Shown piece by piece: positions 39,071 through 53,425 of a stretch of DNA of 56,803 nucleotides (the stretch's first letter is position 1; each line of letters starts with the position of its first letter). Both the position numbers and the translations under genes were made by a program. Location of the stretch: assembly GCF_001194135.2 (NCBI RefSeq), contig NC_068989.1, positions 19,783,616 through 19,840,418 of the forward strand. Reading direction: 5' to 3'. The notes under the pieces were generated by a model that was not told the origin of the DNA, ran no database searches, and saw only the letters and a program-made list of their open reading frames with translations. This DNA is from Octopus bimaculoides (lineage: Eukaryota).

Positions 39071-40329
39071 ATAAATGTGCTCCTAGATAAACTATTTGGA
39101 GGGATGGAATAGACAGAATGGTTTTGGTTGAAACATTTAGGTTTGCTGAATCAGAGCTGAGCTGAAACTAAACCAAAGCAACGTTCATAATTTATATCTG
39201 TTTCTTTTCCAAGCTTCAGACCTTGTTAGTCTACCAAGTTGTTTTTCAGCAGGAAGTCTGACTATTTGCAAAGTCCAACCTAAACACTTCTATAACTCAT
39301 ATGTACAAAAATTTGCTAAAAAATATAAAACACTTTTGTACAAATTAGTGGTGAATATCACTACCATCATCATAATTATATTCATATTTCACAAAAATTC
39401 TTGTAGGCTACAAAAACATTATAACCAACTCTACAAACAAACCATAACTCTAATCAACATAATCTATCCAAATTGTTCTTTAAGGTACAGCACCATAGAG
39501 AAACACAAAATAATTAAATGTAAAGACACACATACAATTATAAATATGGACCTAATCAAATCAACAAGAAAGCCTCTAGAAATAGCAGACAAATCTCCCT
39601 TAAAGCACACACATTCTATAAAAAAAAAACATACAATTAATAATGTGGTCCTTGATATACTATGCCTGGAAAGAAAAAAGAAAAGACTAGATGGTTCTGG
39701 GTAGCACACATTTGAGTATAGATACGCTGCATCAAGGCTGACCTGAAGTTAAATGACAACATTTTAATGATCTAATAAGAACAATGAAAAGGGGATTCAA
39801 AGGTAAAAAATATAAAGAGTAGACAGTGATTGGTTAGATATTCTTTGAGGTTCTTCTAAAATAATGACAATGCTTTGATAATACATTCAACTTGTAAAAG
39901 GATTTTACACACACACACGAAGTAAGTATCATAATATCATTTTGCCCTCTACATATAAATTAGCTTTAATAGACTTTTTGCAGCTATTTTTACAGCTCAT
40001 TTAAAGAAATATTTTGCATAAATTTTGTGTTTCTATTCATGAAAGGGTTATAACTAATAACTTGTGCTTGAAAAAAAATGAAAGACAAAAGTTGATACAA
40101 CTAATAATTGAACTAAAAATAATTAGGCTCTAAACAACTTGTAATATAGAAACTAATCCTCTTTACTATAATTTTAGGCTTATATGATATGAAGATCTTC
40201 TGCAAAAGCCTCTGGGAAATTGTTTGTGTAGAAAGGAATTCTCAAAAGGTTTTCTAACATACTAAAACAGCTGTACAATAGTATTTGTATCGGGGTGAGC
40301 AGTTTTCAAACAACTTGTTCCACTGCAAC

Positions 40330-40900
40330 TATTGTAATTATCCTCTTACATTCAATTCCAATTATATCCAGTTTTTCTCTTACATCATTTGTACTCCATC
40401 GTTCATTCATACTAACATTAGGTGATACAGAGTCACTTACTTGCCTCGTTCCTTTCTAGCCTTTGAAAATCCACCACAACCAAGGCCCATGCCTTGCTAC
40501 CATGCTGCATCACACTTTGTATGCAACATGATGTAATCTACCCTTCACTCTGAAAGAGGAACACTTCATTTCCAATAGAACCTTTTCATTTTGTTCTTAT
40601 TCTGGCAACCAAGCTTTCTTGCCTGCAATACTAATTAGGTTATTAAGGTTGCAAAAAGCTATCAACTCCTATGGAGCCTTCTGAGCATTTGAAGGAATAT
40701 AATTTACATCTCTTACTGATAACTACTCCTGTGTTTCAGCTACAGAAGTCTAGCTTCCTTCATAGTCTGTCTGTGACCCACTACACCCCTTGTATATCCA
40801 AATCTACACCTAGTACACTGTATCTCATCTGTACCTATTCCTTTACCACATATCAAGCATGATCACTTTCTCAATAGCAGTAACTTTCAGTCTTCATTAT
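40330..40900 (-). mobile_element. Older RTE LINE fragment
   Basis: Minus-strand HGSKAWA...FQRLERNEAS and a Cys-rich segment that parallel the 16-kb RTE copy. Confidence 0.65.
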
Positions 40901-42171
40901 TGCTTACAGAAACTCATCTTGGCTAGGCATTGAGACCGCTCAATTCTAGAGTCTTTAAATCTTTGATCACTGAAGAATGTAAAATTGAGAAGGGTAAAAA
41001 AAAAAAAATGCAGTTAATTGCTAAATATCACAGATGAACTCCAGAAAAAGATTTGGAAATTATCAGAAGACCCAGTATATTTCACATTCAATTTGAAATT
41101 AAACTCTGTGAAGAGATCCTAATGTTGTCAAGTGTAACTTCTGTTTTCATAATGTCAGTTATTTAGGAATGTGACACCATTGAAACCTGTCACACATTTC
41201 TATCTAGCAACAATGGTTAAAATGACTTAAGTGAAGATATTGTGTAGTGTCATATGGCCAAGAGCATTTCTTCACTTCACTCAATTTAGTTGTGAAGTAT
41301 AAAGTAACATTGATTAACAGTTAATGTGCAAAATTGAACAGTTATTTTTGACAGGAAAATCAAGCACTGTGCTGATCCCGAATAAAGACCTACACGTCAG
41401 TGTCTGCCGGACAAACATGGAGAGAGCAAAATCTAGGATGGATTCAAATGTTTACAATGGAAGGAACTCCACTAAGGTTACCCAAAGACCAAGTGGTGTT
41501 GGTTAAAAGGGGGCCAGTACTGTAAAGAATAGTCAAAATATCAACCAAAAGTTAAAATATCAGAACATCTGAGGTTAAAAAAATTTCTTAAACCAATAAC
41601 AAAGAAAAGCCAACACCATTGTCCATTTATGGCCTTTTTCCATGATGGTATGGGTCAGATAGTTTGAGAAGATTTGATAAGTTGGAGGACTACGTCTTGT
41701 TCCAATGTCTCAGTTTCAGCATGGTTCCTGCAGCTAGATGTTCTTCCTAATGTCAACCAATTTACAGAATGTTCTAGGTGCATTTTCTCATGGCACTAGC
41801 ACCAGTAGCTTGCAAGGTGAAAGAGAGAGCTCCAAGACCAAAAGAGTAGAAGTTATAGAATAAGAAAAGAAATAGATTTACTGTTGCGAGAGGATGGTAG
41901 TGGAAAGAGAAAGAAAAAAATAAGAAAAAGTCTCCAAATTGAAAAATTTAAATGTGACTGAGATATCATCACATCATCATCATCATCATCATCATCAGTT
42001 AGCTGCATGTTTAACTATGGCATCATCATCACCACATTTTCAATAAAAATACAAGGAAAGGATAAAATTTCATTTGCGTTACCAAAGTAACTTATTCTAA
42101 ATAGCCTAAGATAAATTACAATCATGTTTGGAAGTGTTGCTGCAATATATTGAGTGATTTACGAATAATAA

Positions 42172-42384
42172 TAATTTCAAATTTTGGTACAGGGCCAACA
42201 ATTTCAGAAGAGGGGTAAAGTCAATTACATTGACCCCAGTGTTCAACTGGTACTTATTTTATCGACCCCGAAAGGATGAAAGGCAAAGTTGACCTCAGCG
42301 GAATTTGAACTCAGAACATAAAGACAGGTGAAATGCCGCTAAGCATTTTGCCCGGTGTGCTAATAATTCGGCCAGCTCACTGCC

Positions 42385-42421
<37 letters not shown>

Positions 42422-42767
42422 CAATAACAATTAATAATAATAATGATTTAATTGTCGAAATATTATTCAGCTCAATAAACAAAGTTAGTATTTTATTACA
42501 CATCGCATCACACTCTTCTAATTGGGATCAATAATAATAATAATATCAATTCTTTCTACTACAGGCACAATACTTGAAATTTTAGGGGAGGAGACTAGTC
42601 GATTACATCGACCCCAGTACTTGACTGGCACTTACTTTATCAACCTTGAAAGGATGAAAGGCAAAGTTGACCTCAGTGGAAACTGAACCCAGAACATAAG
42701 GAGCTGGAAGAAACGCCGCTAAGCATTTTGCCCAACATGCTAACGGTTCTGCCAGCTCACTGTCTTA
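42172..42767 (-). mobile_element. Two same-orientation family C SINEs (42172-42387, 42548-42767) separated by (AAT)n
   Basis: gaccccagt...actggtactt...gaaaggatgaaaggcaaagttgacctcag...gccagctcactgcctt occurs twice. Confidence 0.85.
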
Positions 42768-43272
42768 ATAATAATAATAATAATAACGATAAACCATTTT
42801 TTTTTTCTGTTTGTTTTTCTTGCGATAAGTTAAAGACTTCAGCAGCAAAAAGAGTGACCATTTCAAGGAGAAAATATAAAGCAAGAACATATGCTGCAAG
42901 GCATTAAGTAAAGTAAAAATAAACTCCTGACTGACTGTAACGAAATAAAGATAAGACAAAAACCATTGGTGGAATAATTAAAATTTACTGAAGAGGAATA
43001 AAACTGTATGGTAGCTGTACATTATATGTGGCAGAAATTGTAGCAGCATTGTGGATGATGTTGATAATGACGAAGATGATGAGACAAAGTTGAGAGAGAA
43101 TGTATGGCAGGGGGGAAAGGAGGAGGAAGAGGAGGGGAGGCAAGGAATAGTAAAGAGAGCAGGAGAAAATGATAAAGTGAGGGAGAGAAAGAGGAGAGAT
43201 TGATCAGATTATAGAAATATATAGGGGTGAGCAGAGACAGGAAATTAGACAAGGTGGGGTGTACAAAAGATT

Positions 43273-43276
43273 AGCT

Positions 43277-43316
<40 letters not shown>

Positions 43317-43346
43317 GAGAGAGAGAGAGAAAGAGAGAGAGAGTGA

Positions 43347-43400
<54 letters not shown>

Positions 43401-43406
43401 GAGAGT

Positions 43407-43438
<32 letters not shown>

Positions 43439-43700
43439 TGAGAATGAGCAGAATAGAGAATAAATGTAAGAGTAGGTGTATGTGGAAAGAGAAAGAGAGA
43501 TGTGAGGGGAAGAGAGAGATGTGTGAGGGGCAGAGAGAGAGATGTCTGAGGGGGAGAGAGAGATGTGTGAGGGGGAGAGAGAGATGTGTGAGGGAGTAGA
43601 CTAGAGAGAGAGAGAGAGTACATGTGTGAGAGGGAGAGTAGATGGTAGAAAAGGAAGGTGAAAGAGTACACGAGAGTGAGATCAGAGAGAGTAGATGAGA
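43273..43700. repeat. Long (GA)n polypurine tract with a ~22-bp gagagagagatgtgtgaggg subrepeat
   Basis: Seen directly. Confidence 0.95.
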
Positions 43701-44421
43701 CAAAGAAAGACAAAGATCAGAAATAAATAGAACAAATAGGAAAAAATAAGAGAGAATAGGAAATGTGAAAAAGACAGGGCGTGTTTGAAAGCAAAGATAA
43801 AGAACATAGCAAGTGTCGCAGTGCTGTGGAATAGCAACAGAGACCAGTATTTAGATCATAACAAAGATATTGAAAAAGTATTTTTAAATAAAAAGAAAAT
43901 GCATATAGAAACCAATAAATTTTTTTTAAATATAGAGAATTTTTTTTTCCATTCTGAATATATGCTTATATACGTTTTTGCCCTCACCTTTCAATCCGAT
44001 ATTCCAATGCAGTGGAAAATTAGTGTTCATATTTTATTCTGTGATACCGAAGTTAACTAAATAAGCGGGAAAATGCCAGCGTGCACAAACACACACATGT
44101 ACGCACACACGCACACACAGCTTTGAGGTGACACTATTTCAAATATGGTGCAAATCAAATTGATTGGTTAAGCTTCAAAAAGATGACCTGGACAACTAAT
44201 TACCAAACAATAACAAGCATAAAGAACCCTAAAAATAAATGGAGGGGTCAATTTAGATCTGTGGTAGGAGCTCAATCAAATAAGTCAGGAAGTTTGACCA
44301 CTTTTTATACCTTGAAGGTAAAACATGGGTGAGTTTATTTGATGTTGATTCAGTCAACTAAGGTTCCACCAGAGAATTAGTTAAGTTTAATTGGCATAAG
44401 GAACGAAGGATGTATGTTTAA

Positions 44422-44640
44422 TCCTTTAGCATTGAAACCAGCCATATACAGCACAAACATTCTATATATTTTACGTTCAAACTGGCCAGACACAGTCTTT
44501 CACCTACCCTACAGTGTCATTCTAAAAATAACAATTACATCATTGAAGTTTCAAAGCTTTGAGATAATGCATGATTAATTCAAAAGAATGTGAATAAATA
44601 AGCATTACATTTGAGAGAAAAATCAGAATGTGAAAAGGAT
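44422..44640 (-). mobile_element. piggyBac-type MITE, inverted copy
   Basis: ttaatcctttagcattgaaaccagcc...agcattacatttgagagaaaaatcagaatg; reverse complement of the same family. Confidence 0.7.
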
Positions 44641-45174
44641 CAGTCCTTGCCACTTGTTCTGTGAGGTGTGTAAGAGAGAGAGAGAGAAAGAGAGAGAGAG
44701 GTGTTATGCTTTGATCTATGGATAAGAAAATTGGAAGAAAAAAAAACGTTTTTAGCTTGTTGTTTTCTCTCTCTCTCTCTCTTCCCCCCTCACTCTTTGA
44801 CTAAAGGAAAAGGTTAGAACTAAAAGATTCTTCATTCTTTGTGGCAACAAAACTTTTGAAAACATCTATAAACTCATTTAGACTAACTGCAACCAATGCA
44901 AACCATCACTACTGCCTCCAGAGTTTGAATTTTAACCTATGATCCCTGCATCTACTACAGCAACAAAAATGTTCTAAATTGTCATGTGACCACACATTTC
45001 AAGGAGGGAGGGAGAGAGAGAGAGATCATAAAATGGATTCCTATTACATTACTGGGACTTATTTTATTGACTCTCAGACTGATATAAAGCAAAACTGACA
45101 AAATGTAGGGGAATATAAGGAAAAAACAACATAGTTCCAGCACTCCTTTGCTATAAAGAATAAAGATATCATAT

Positions 45175-45360
45175 TTTGGCACAAGGCCAGTAATTTTACA
45201 AGGAGAGGGTAAGTCAATTACATTGACCCCAGGGCTTGACCTCAAAAGGATAAAAGGCAAAGTTAACCTTGGCAGAATTTGAACTCTGAATATAAAGCTA
45301 GGAGAAATACCACTAAGCATTTTGTCTGACACACTAATGATTCTACCAGCATGCTGCCTT
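45175..45360 (-). mobile_element. Family C SINE, decayed (other relics near 8390, 26345, 27490, 35360 and 47840)
   Basis: ggcacaaggccagtaatttt...aaggcaaagttaaccttggcagaatttgaactc. Confidence 0.65.
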
Positions 45361-46329
45361 TATGTTACACAATAATAGGAACACACTTATGAAGATAGGA
45401 AACAACTCAAAATCTGAGTAACGATTGTATAACAGTTCAACATAGAGAAAAAAAGAAAAACGGCAAAGAATGGATATCATTTTTGAATCACAAAAATCAA
45501 TAGGGTTAGTGATAAACCTTCACTTTCATAGTTGTACACGAATGAAAGAACTTTTCCTTTCTATAGAATGCTAGTCTATGGCAGACAAACTGTACTGCAA
45601 TAGAATTTGAACTCAAAACTGCAAACAAAATATACATGCCAACTCCACAATGTTACTGATGCATATCACAGTAAATTATACTGTGTTGGAGGAAGTCTAC
45701 AAAGAGGTAGGCAGCCTTGGTTGTTGACAAGTATCTTGGCTGTGGACACTATGCAGTGCTAGCCGCAGGATATGAAAACACCCACCTTCCAGGTGCTGTT
45801 CTCCAGTACTCTATGAATATGACTTCCTTTAACTCTCCTTCTGAATATTTCATCGATGAGATAAATTCTCAAAGAGACTTTGCATCTCTGTAAGGAAACA
45901 ACAGGCATTTACTTTCACAGCTTCTCTGCATTTCGACATAGTTTCTATTGTAACAGTGAAGAGAAAGGATCATACTGATCAATTTGATACAAGTACCTGA
46001 GAGGTCATGTATTCCTATGTCTCCAAACTGCCATGGTATTGTACCCTTGGAAAGGTACTAAGTAATTCTTGTCTCACTAATCACCTAGTTGTAAAGCAGA
46101 GACAAAAAAAAAAGAGAGTGTGTGTGTGTATGTACCAAATCAATAATAGCCTCTTGTTTTGTCATAAAAAAATGAAATTCTCACTTGTGATTGTTTTCAT
46201 AGCCAATATAATTTCCGAAGTTTATATATCTATGCAGGCAACATTCACACACCACTTTTATAAATTTCAGTCACTGGACTGTGGTTATGCTGGGAAACAG
46301 ATTGCATGGTTTTAATCACATATTGGGTA

Positions 46330-46565
46330 AAGACTTCCTTTGGTCATGAACGACCATGGGATTGCACCTCCGAGGCACAAGTCCAGGCAAGGTTGATTAT
46401 GGAAGACAAGCAGTTGCCCATGCAAACCAGCCTCCCCTCTCTACACCACTGATGTTATCCAAGAGAAAGGCAAAGGCCGATATAGTTTGGCACCAGTGAC
46501 GTTGCAACTCATTTCTACAGCTGAGTTAACTGGAGTAACGCGAAATAAAGTGTCTTGCTCAAAAA
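46330..46565 (-). mobile_element. Further SINE-like repeat family (related relic at 36690-36850)
   Basis: ctcatttctacagctgagttaactggag...aaataaagtgtcttgctc is similar to 36708-36770 ctcatttacagctaag...gaaatgaagtgccttgctc. Confidence 0.6.
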
Positions 46566-48662
46566 CAGTTATATTAACTCAAGTACTATTTTATCAAATG
46601 ACTAAGTTACTTTTTGAGACAGTACCAGTTTTGATACTAGTAAACATAAACAGATGCATACTCAGGTCTTTAGCAGTTTCCATTTACCACATTTCACTCA
46701 CAAGATATTGGTCAGCTTCAGTTATAGTAGCAGATACTTAACCAAGGTGCAGTGATTTGAGTTCAGAACCACATGACTGCAAAGAGGAACTTCATGAGTA
46801 CACAGCCATTCCTGCACCCTAAATCTATTTTGAGTCAAGGAATCCAACAACTATGAATTTTAGCCTTGCTTTGATATAGAATATTCTTGTGGACAGAAAT
46901 AAATATCAGCCAAACTAGTTTCAATCCTGTGTTGAGTCTTCAAAGGCAAACGAAAACCCACTTTACCTATCCATGAGACACTGCTTATAAACCCACTATT
47001 GCTAAGGGCTTAAGTAAATGGATTGCATAATTAGCATATATAATGCAATTTTGGCAGTTAGTTTGATTAATAAATCACTGGTGCACTAACAATGCTATAT
47101 TGTACTATGTTAATATCAAGTATTTCTGTAGAATCTCTTCACAACTATTACTATACATCTTCTTCCACTAGTTTCAGTCAATGGCTTGTAGTCATGCTGG
47201 GGCACTCCATATATTTCAAACTCAAAGAAAAATAACTCATCCTACACAAATCTTTTCATTTTTTTTTTTTTGGATGAAAGCTATCAGTCATCAGGTAATC
47301 AACTCTAGTTAGATATATTGATACTTTTAGGTACCAAAAATAAAGAAATAAATCAAATCTACCAGTTCAAGCTATATATTTCAAAGGACTAACTGATATT
47401 GTAAATCTGATATGTTTCGTACTTGTGTATAAAACAATCTTCAAAAAATAAAACCAATCAGCTTTCCTTTAAAAAAACAAAAGCATTTTTGCTTCTTGTT
47501 ATTCTTATAATATTCTTAAACTTCTGAATGATTTTAAACAGTACATAAAAAAATATGTTGAAGAGGAATGGAGTGTTAATATAGATTGGTAGACTCCACC
47601 AAATTCCTCATTTACTATGAATTGTTGGAGCAAGCCTTTGTTTCATTCTTAAACAATAACTAAATGCTTTTGCATATGGTAATCAAATTAGCTGTGAAGT
47701 GGAAGAGTTACTTATTTCTCTATGATTGCTTTGAGCCATATCCAAGAAAATGACTTCTTTCTTTAAAGTAATAACAGAACTATGTTGCCATGAATAACTA
47801 TCTAGCAGCAAAAGAATTCAACTGGTCCATAATAACAATGATAATTTCCAATATAGGCACAAGGCCATGCATTTTGAGTTGCAGGAAAAGATAAATCACC
47901 CCCATTTTGTCAGCTTTGGAAGGAATAAAGGTAAAGTCAACCTTGAAGGGATGTGTTCCATAATGTAATGGTCAAAACTAAATGCTACAATGGCATTTAG
48001 TCTTCATTTTTACTATATCCACCAAAAAAAGAGGGGAAGGGGGATAAACTTAATTAAAAAATAAATGAAGAATATTATCTTCATAAACTACCATAACACA
48101 GTTTCCATAAGACAAAGTGTAAAAACAAAATGTGGGGGGGAAAAAAGTGGAGTAAATAAGTGGTTGTGATGTTTTTGTCTGCTGGAGACTATGCAAAGTC
48201 ATACCAATGCTAAAAGAAAAAGAACAAAAACAGGTATCACATTCTGCTGGAGTGACAAAAGGGGAAGCAGCAAAGCAATAATAGCACAGCAAAATTAAAG
48301 TGACATGTAAATGTGGCTGCTGGTAATGGACATGTCCTGAAGAGAAAAACACATAAATACCCTTTTCTCGCTCTTCACACGAGTCCCATGTAACCATGAA
48401 GTCAACCAATAAGAATCTGGAGAAGAACCCTCAAAACAGGAGGGGAAAAAAAAAAGAAAAAAAAAGAAAAGAAAAATAGAAGATGAAGTCACCCAAACAT
48501 TCATGGTTGATTGGATGACAGGTAAAATATATATATATATATGCCTTTCACAGTTTCAGTTCTGGTGTGTCCAAGATTTGAGATGATTCACTGCATTTCA
48601 CGATTCATCAAGCTCAGAGTTAAACCCTAAGCCACTAAAGCAGATATCAAACTACACACACA

Positions 48663-48883
48663 CACGAGGGGGTGCTGAAAAGTTCCTGGCTTTAAGGGTA
48701 TCACGAAAGACCTAGTTAGAGGTTCAACTTTCCGAGTTCTTTTACAGGGCTTTGAAAAACTGAAGGACCACTGCAATAAGTGTGTGAATCTGAGGGGGGA
48801 ATATGTTGAATAAAATCATAATTAACTGATCCCCCCGTATTTTCTTTTACCCAAAACCAGGAACTTTTCTGTACCACTCTTAT
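48663..48883 (+). mobile_element. Mariner-derived MITE with TIRs
   Basis: Left TIR cgagggggtgctgaaaagttcctggcttt; degenerate right TIR aaaaccaggaacttttctgtaccactctta; internal remnant LQGFEKLKDHCNKCVNLRGEYVE* (48742-48813) resembles a mariner transposase C-terminus. Confidence 0.85.
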
Positions 48884-49149
48884 GTATGTATATATATTAT
48901 ATACACACACATATATATATACATGTACACATATACATGTTATCTCTCTCTCACTGTTACACATGCACAAGCATAATATCTTGCATTTATAAGAGGAATG
49001 GTAAAGTGTGATGTTTTTATCACTTTTCAAAAGGGTTTAGTCTTCTAGATGGTAATACCAATTTTCAGTGGCTTGCCATCAAACCAACCCATTTTCTCTT
49101 GCTCAAAGTTATTCCTGAACTTTCAGATTTAATTTGATATTACAATGTT

Positions 49150-49198
<49 letters not shown>

Positions 49199-50223
49199 NN
49201 NNNNNNNNGTTGAAAAAATTGGTGGTAAATATTTAAACTGCATCATTCAGATTTTCCATGTTTTGTTTTGGAGAACAATTTACAATTCTTATATATTTGT
49301 TGATTATTGTTGATATAAGGATTTAGAAACTTTCAGAGAATGTGAAAGACACACAAACATATAAGTACATGAATAGCTGTTTGATTCAGAAATTCATTGT
49401 GTGAATGTGTGTGTGAGCGCGCGCGCATGGATTGCTGATGTATATTGGCAAAAGATATAAAACATCAGCAAGAAAATTGATAGACTAGTACTTCTTGGGG
49501 GAGGGGGAGTGGTATTTTGGTATTTGTTCTGCACACATGGTACATACACTCACTTGTCACTCATGCCAATATAAAACCAGAGACTGGCTCATTGGAAACT
49601 TGTAATTAATAATGTTACTGTTCTCAAAGTGTAATAATATGTGTGTGCATGTGTATGTGTGTGTCTTGAAAGGCAATGAAATTTTCTATGATTCATTCAA
49701 TGTGAAGAGATTTACATCTTTATTCACTTTTTTTTTTGCATTAGACAAATGAGACCAAGGAAGACATTCTTTCATAAAAGGAATGAATTATCTTAAAATC
49801 TAATATCTTCACTCTAAAACAAAAGAAACTGATTGTCATTCAAGCATTCAAACAATATTTCAGAGGTTCTTGTTAAACACTGAATGATGACAATACATGT
49901 TTACGACAAATAACATGTTAGGATATGAAAAAGAATGATCACTGACATATATCTTAAGGATGAGATGTGGGGACGAAAAAAAAATATGATAGAATGAAGA
50001 AGTTAGTCAGAAGTCGAGAGTTTTGTATTCTTTAGTACTATATCTCACAACTTTTGAAAATTCAAAAATAATTGAAGTGAAAAAAAAAAAAAAAAAAAAA
50101 AATTAAAATNNNNNNNNNNTTGTTTTTGATGAGTTTAACACTAATTTTCTGCCATCCCAAAAGCCTTCCAGAGTTCAACTTATTAACTCTTTCAAAATCA
50201 GAATATATCAGCAGCAGCAGCAG

Positions 50224-50265
<42 letters not shown>

Positions 50266-51894
50266 TTAATAAGATGAAGTGAAGTAGAGAGGGAAGGAAA
50301 AGTTATATATATGATGTAAGGCCTGCCCAAGCTGACTAGCTTTGGGTGTATATGACATTACTGCAATTTCAAAGTGTTAAAATTATGCTTGATTCTATCT
50401 ACAGACTGAATATATCAAATTAACAACCATACAGTTAGGGATAATGTATTTCAGTATTCATTAAGAAAACTAACAGAAATATGGTATGAAACAATACATT
50501 AACTGTTATGTGGAAAGGTTTTTCTCTCACATTTACCGTCTTCTTAACAGTAGCTTTTGTTTTGTAGATAATAAAATCATTTGTTTTGTTTCATTAGTGA
50601 GAAGTGTAATTGAAAGTTACTATCATTGCAGCTGTCTAAATATAAAGAATTATGTCAATTGAATTCAATAGGAATCAAGATGGTAATACTCTCAAATAAG
50701 TATTTGTAAAACAGAAGGTATAACAACTATAATATGATCAGCATGTGAAAACATCAGTTTTTAAAGAACTCCTCTAAAACAGAAAAGACTACAAAAAAAA
50801 CAAAACAAAAAAAAACTTCAAAAGGAAATCAAATACTTTTAGCCTTTTCTGTGAAACAAGTCAACATTCTATCTCTATTTTCAAAATTTGAAGTGCAAGA
50901 ATATGTTTCAAACTCAACATAATCCAATATAAACATCAAGAAAAATGATAGAAAGGGCAATCAATAATAGTTTTATAAATTGTAGTTTTTCTTCTTTTTT
51001 TAAACCATACTCTTGCATAAAACCATTTGCATCAGCACTGCAAATGGTTATCTCCAACAGTATATATATAAAAAAAAAAAAAAAAAAAAAGCCCCCTAGT
51101 TATCCTCAGTGATTTTTAGTTTTCTTACACTAGATTTAGGAATCTCACACCTCGGCTTGGTGCATCCTCAACTGCTATAATAAACCACAATCTTTACTCA
51201 CTATCCGACATGACCATATACTAAAATTAGATCTTATTTCATTCTCTCACACAAATTTCACATTGGTAAGCCCAAATAGTACACGTTTAATGCCTTCTCA
51301 ATGCACCATTTGGAGCCATTCAGATCCCACCCCAACAACATTATACATGAGTATACAAAATCCCAACAATATTTTAGAAGTAAAAATATTAAAAATCTTT
51401 CTGGTTAATAACTTTGAGGATTTAGAGTGTTGTTTCTGAATTTAGGATTTATACACAATTCAAGTCAAACCATCTTGCACAAAAGTGCACACACACACAC
51501 ACAATAAATATGCACATAACTTTGTGCTTGTGACTATACTCAAATATACTTAATTACTTTTACAATTACAAATATGCCAAAAATGTAAATGTTAATTCCA
51601 TATTTTTAATAACTACTCTACCAAGATATAACAATTATTTTTCTTCTTTCTTGCATTCGTTTTTACATCAGTCTTTTTATGCAAGCATGGGTTAGACAAT
51701 GTGTCGAGGTATTGTTTTACAGCGAGATGCCCTTCCTGTTGCTAACCTTACCTGTTTTGCAAGCAAAGAGATACCTTATTCCAAATGTCTTTGAAGGCAG
51801 TGGACAATCTATTGACCAGGGAAATGACAGCAACATCAGTGACCCTAAGTGAGCAATTTCCAGAGGAGCACAAATATGAATACTACCCCTCTCA

Positions 51895-52030
51895 CACACA
51901 TGATGGGCTTCTTTCAGTTACTGTCTCCTAAATCCACTGACAAGGCTTTGGTTATCCCAAGGCTATACTGGAAGACACACAGTGGGACTGAACCCAAAAC
52001 TTTAAGGTTAGGAAGCAAAGTTCCTAACAA
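51895..52030 (-). mobile_element. SINE family A fragment (other fragments at 10545-10650 and 15120-15215)
   Basis: gggcttctttcagtt...aaatccactgacaaggctttgg...cagtgggactgaaccc. Confidence 0.65.
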
Positions 52031-52433
52031 CACAGCCACACAAGTGCCAATGAATAGACTAATTACTCATCATCCTCACTTAACATTCATTTTTCATGCT
52101 GGCATGGGTTAGACAGTTCAACAGAAGCTGGAAAGCCAGAGGACTGTGCTGAACTCTAATGTATGCTTTGGCATGGTTTCTACAGCTGGATGCCCTTCCT
52201 AACACCAAATAACATTTGCAAATATGGCAAAATTGTTTATTCATTCTTCTTCTCTTTTCTTCTAACTGCTCTTGAATCTGTTACCAAGATGTATCAAATA
52301 ATGCTAAATTAAAAATTTAGATAAGAAATTATATGGTTTTATTGGGATTTAGCATAGTAGTTACTGTAAAAATTAGATAATTAATCTTTTCATTGCTATA
52401 TTTCTTATGACTAAAACTGTCATAGAGTTTTAA

Positions 52434-52653
52434 CCCTTTAGCGTTCAGATTACTCTTAAATGTAAAACGTATTTATTCACACTGTTTTGAATTAAGTTTG
52501 CATTATTTTGTAGCTTCAATATATTGAGGATGTGATTGTTTACTTTTATAGTATGACATTGCAGGGTAGATATAAGAGGCCATATCTGGCTGGTTTGAAC
52601 ATAAAACAAAGAGAATACTTGGACTGGATATGACCAATTTAAATGCTAAAGAG
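52434..52653 (+). mobile_element. piggyBac-type MITE
   Basis: ttaa|CCCTTTAGCGTTCAG...AATGCTAAAGAG. Confidence 0.8.
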
Positions 52654-53425
52654 TCAATGCACAATATAATCAACATTTTGGAGGGATTTAGTAAAATATA
52701 TCTAACTTTATATAACGTTGTGCATTATGTTGGTGTGTGTGTGTGTGTGTGTGGGGGGGTTTGAAATCCCACACTATAGAGCACATTATATCCTTGAGCA
52801 AAGCACTCCATTTCATGTGTTTCCAGTCTGCTCAGCTAAAATGAATACTAGCCAAGTGGTAGTGCAGCCCTCTTTCCCCACCATCTGCCGCATACTGGAT
52901 GTTCAGCTGACTTAGGGTATTAGGGTTGTAAGGGTGCCTATGTATGTTTGTTACTACACAGGCACCTACAACAATTAGTAAAAGCATGGTGTACGCTACC
53001 AAATCAAATCTGCCTGCAAGTGAAGGCTGAAGTATCTTTATGTATGCATGTGTGAATTGGAGTATATTGTTAGTGGTGACTAACTAAAATCATACAATAT
53101 CATTCACTTTATGTCACTCGGAGCATTTAAGTACAAACACATTAGTATGGATAATGCCAGACAGGCTAGTTTTAAAAAGGTTAAATTGATTGCAGAATTA
53201 ACAAACTGTAATAGTAGCAGTGGTTGAAATTTGCTGATTTATTTTCAAGTGATATTTCTAATGTTTGCTTATTATCTATAATTTTTTTAAAATTTCCCAT
53301 TCGTTTTCTCCCCCCGCTCTCTCTCTCTGCATGTGTGTGTGTTTTAAAATGTCAATAAATTTAATCTGATTCAGTTCCATTTCACCAATTTTAGTAACTC
53401 TGCTTAACAGCTGACTACCATACTA

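Noticed and set aside
40420-40480. Strong gtaagt donor on the minus strand near 40440
   Set aside because: It lies inside a decayed RTE LINE segment (RLERNEAS) and has no convincing upstream acceptor.
49038-49114. Possible exon NNFEQEKMGWFDGKPLKIG ending in a KIG-like motif
   Set aside because: The acceptor lacks a pyrimidine tract, and the peptide does not match the expected NRBP SYLH...HNGLIKIGS exon.
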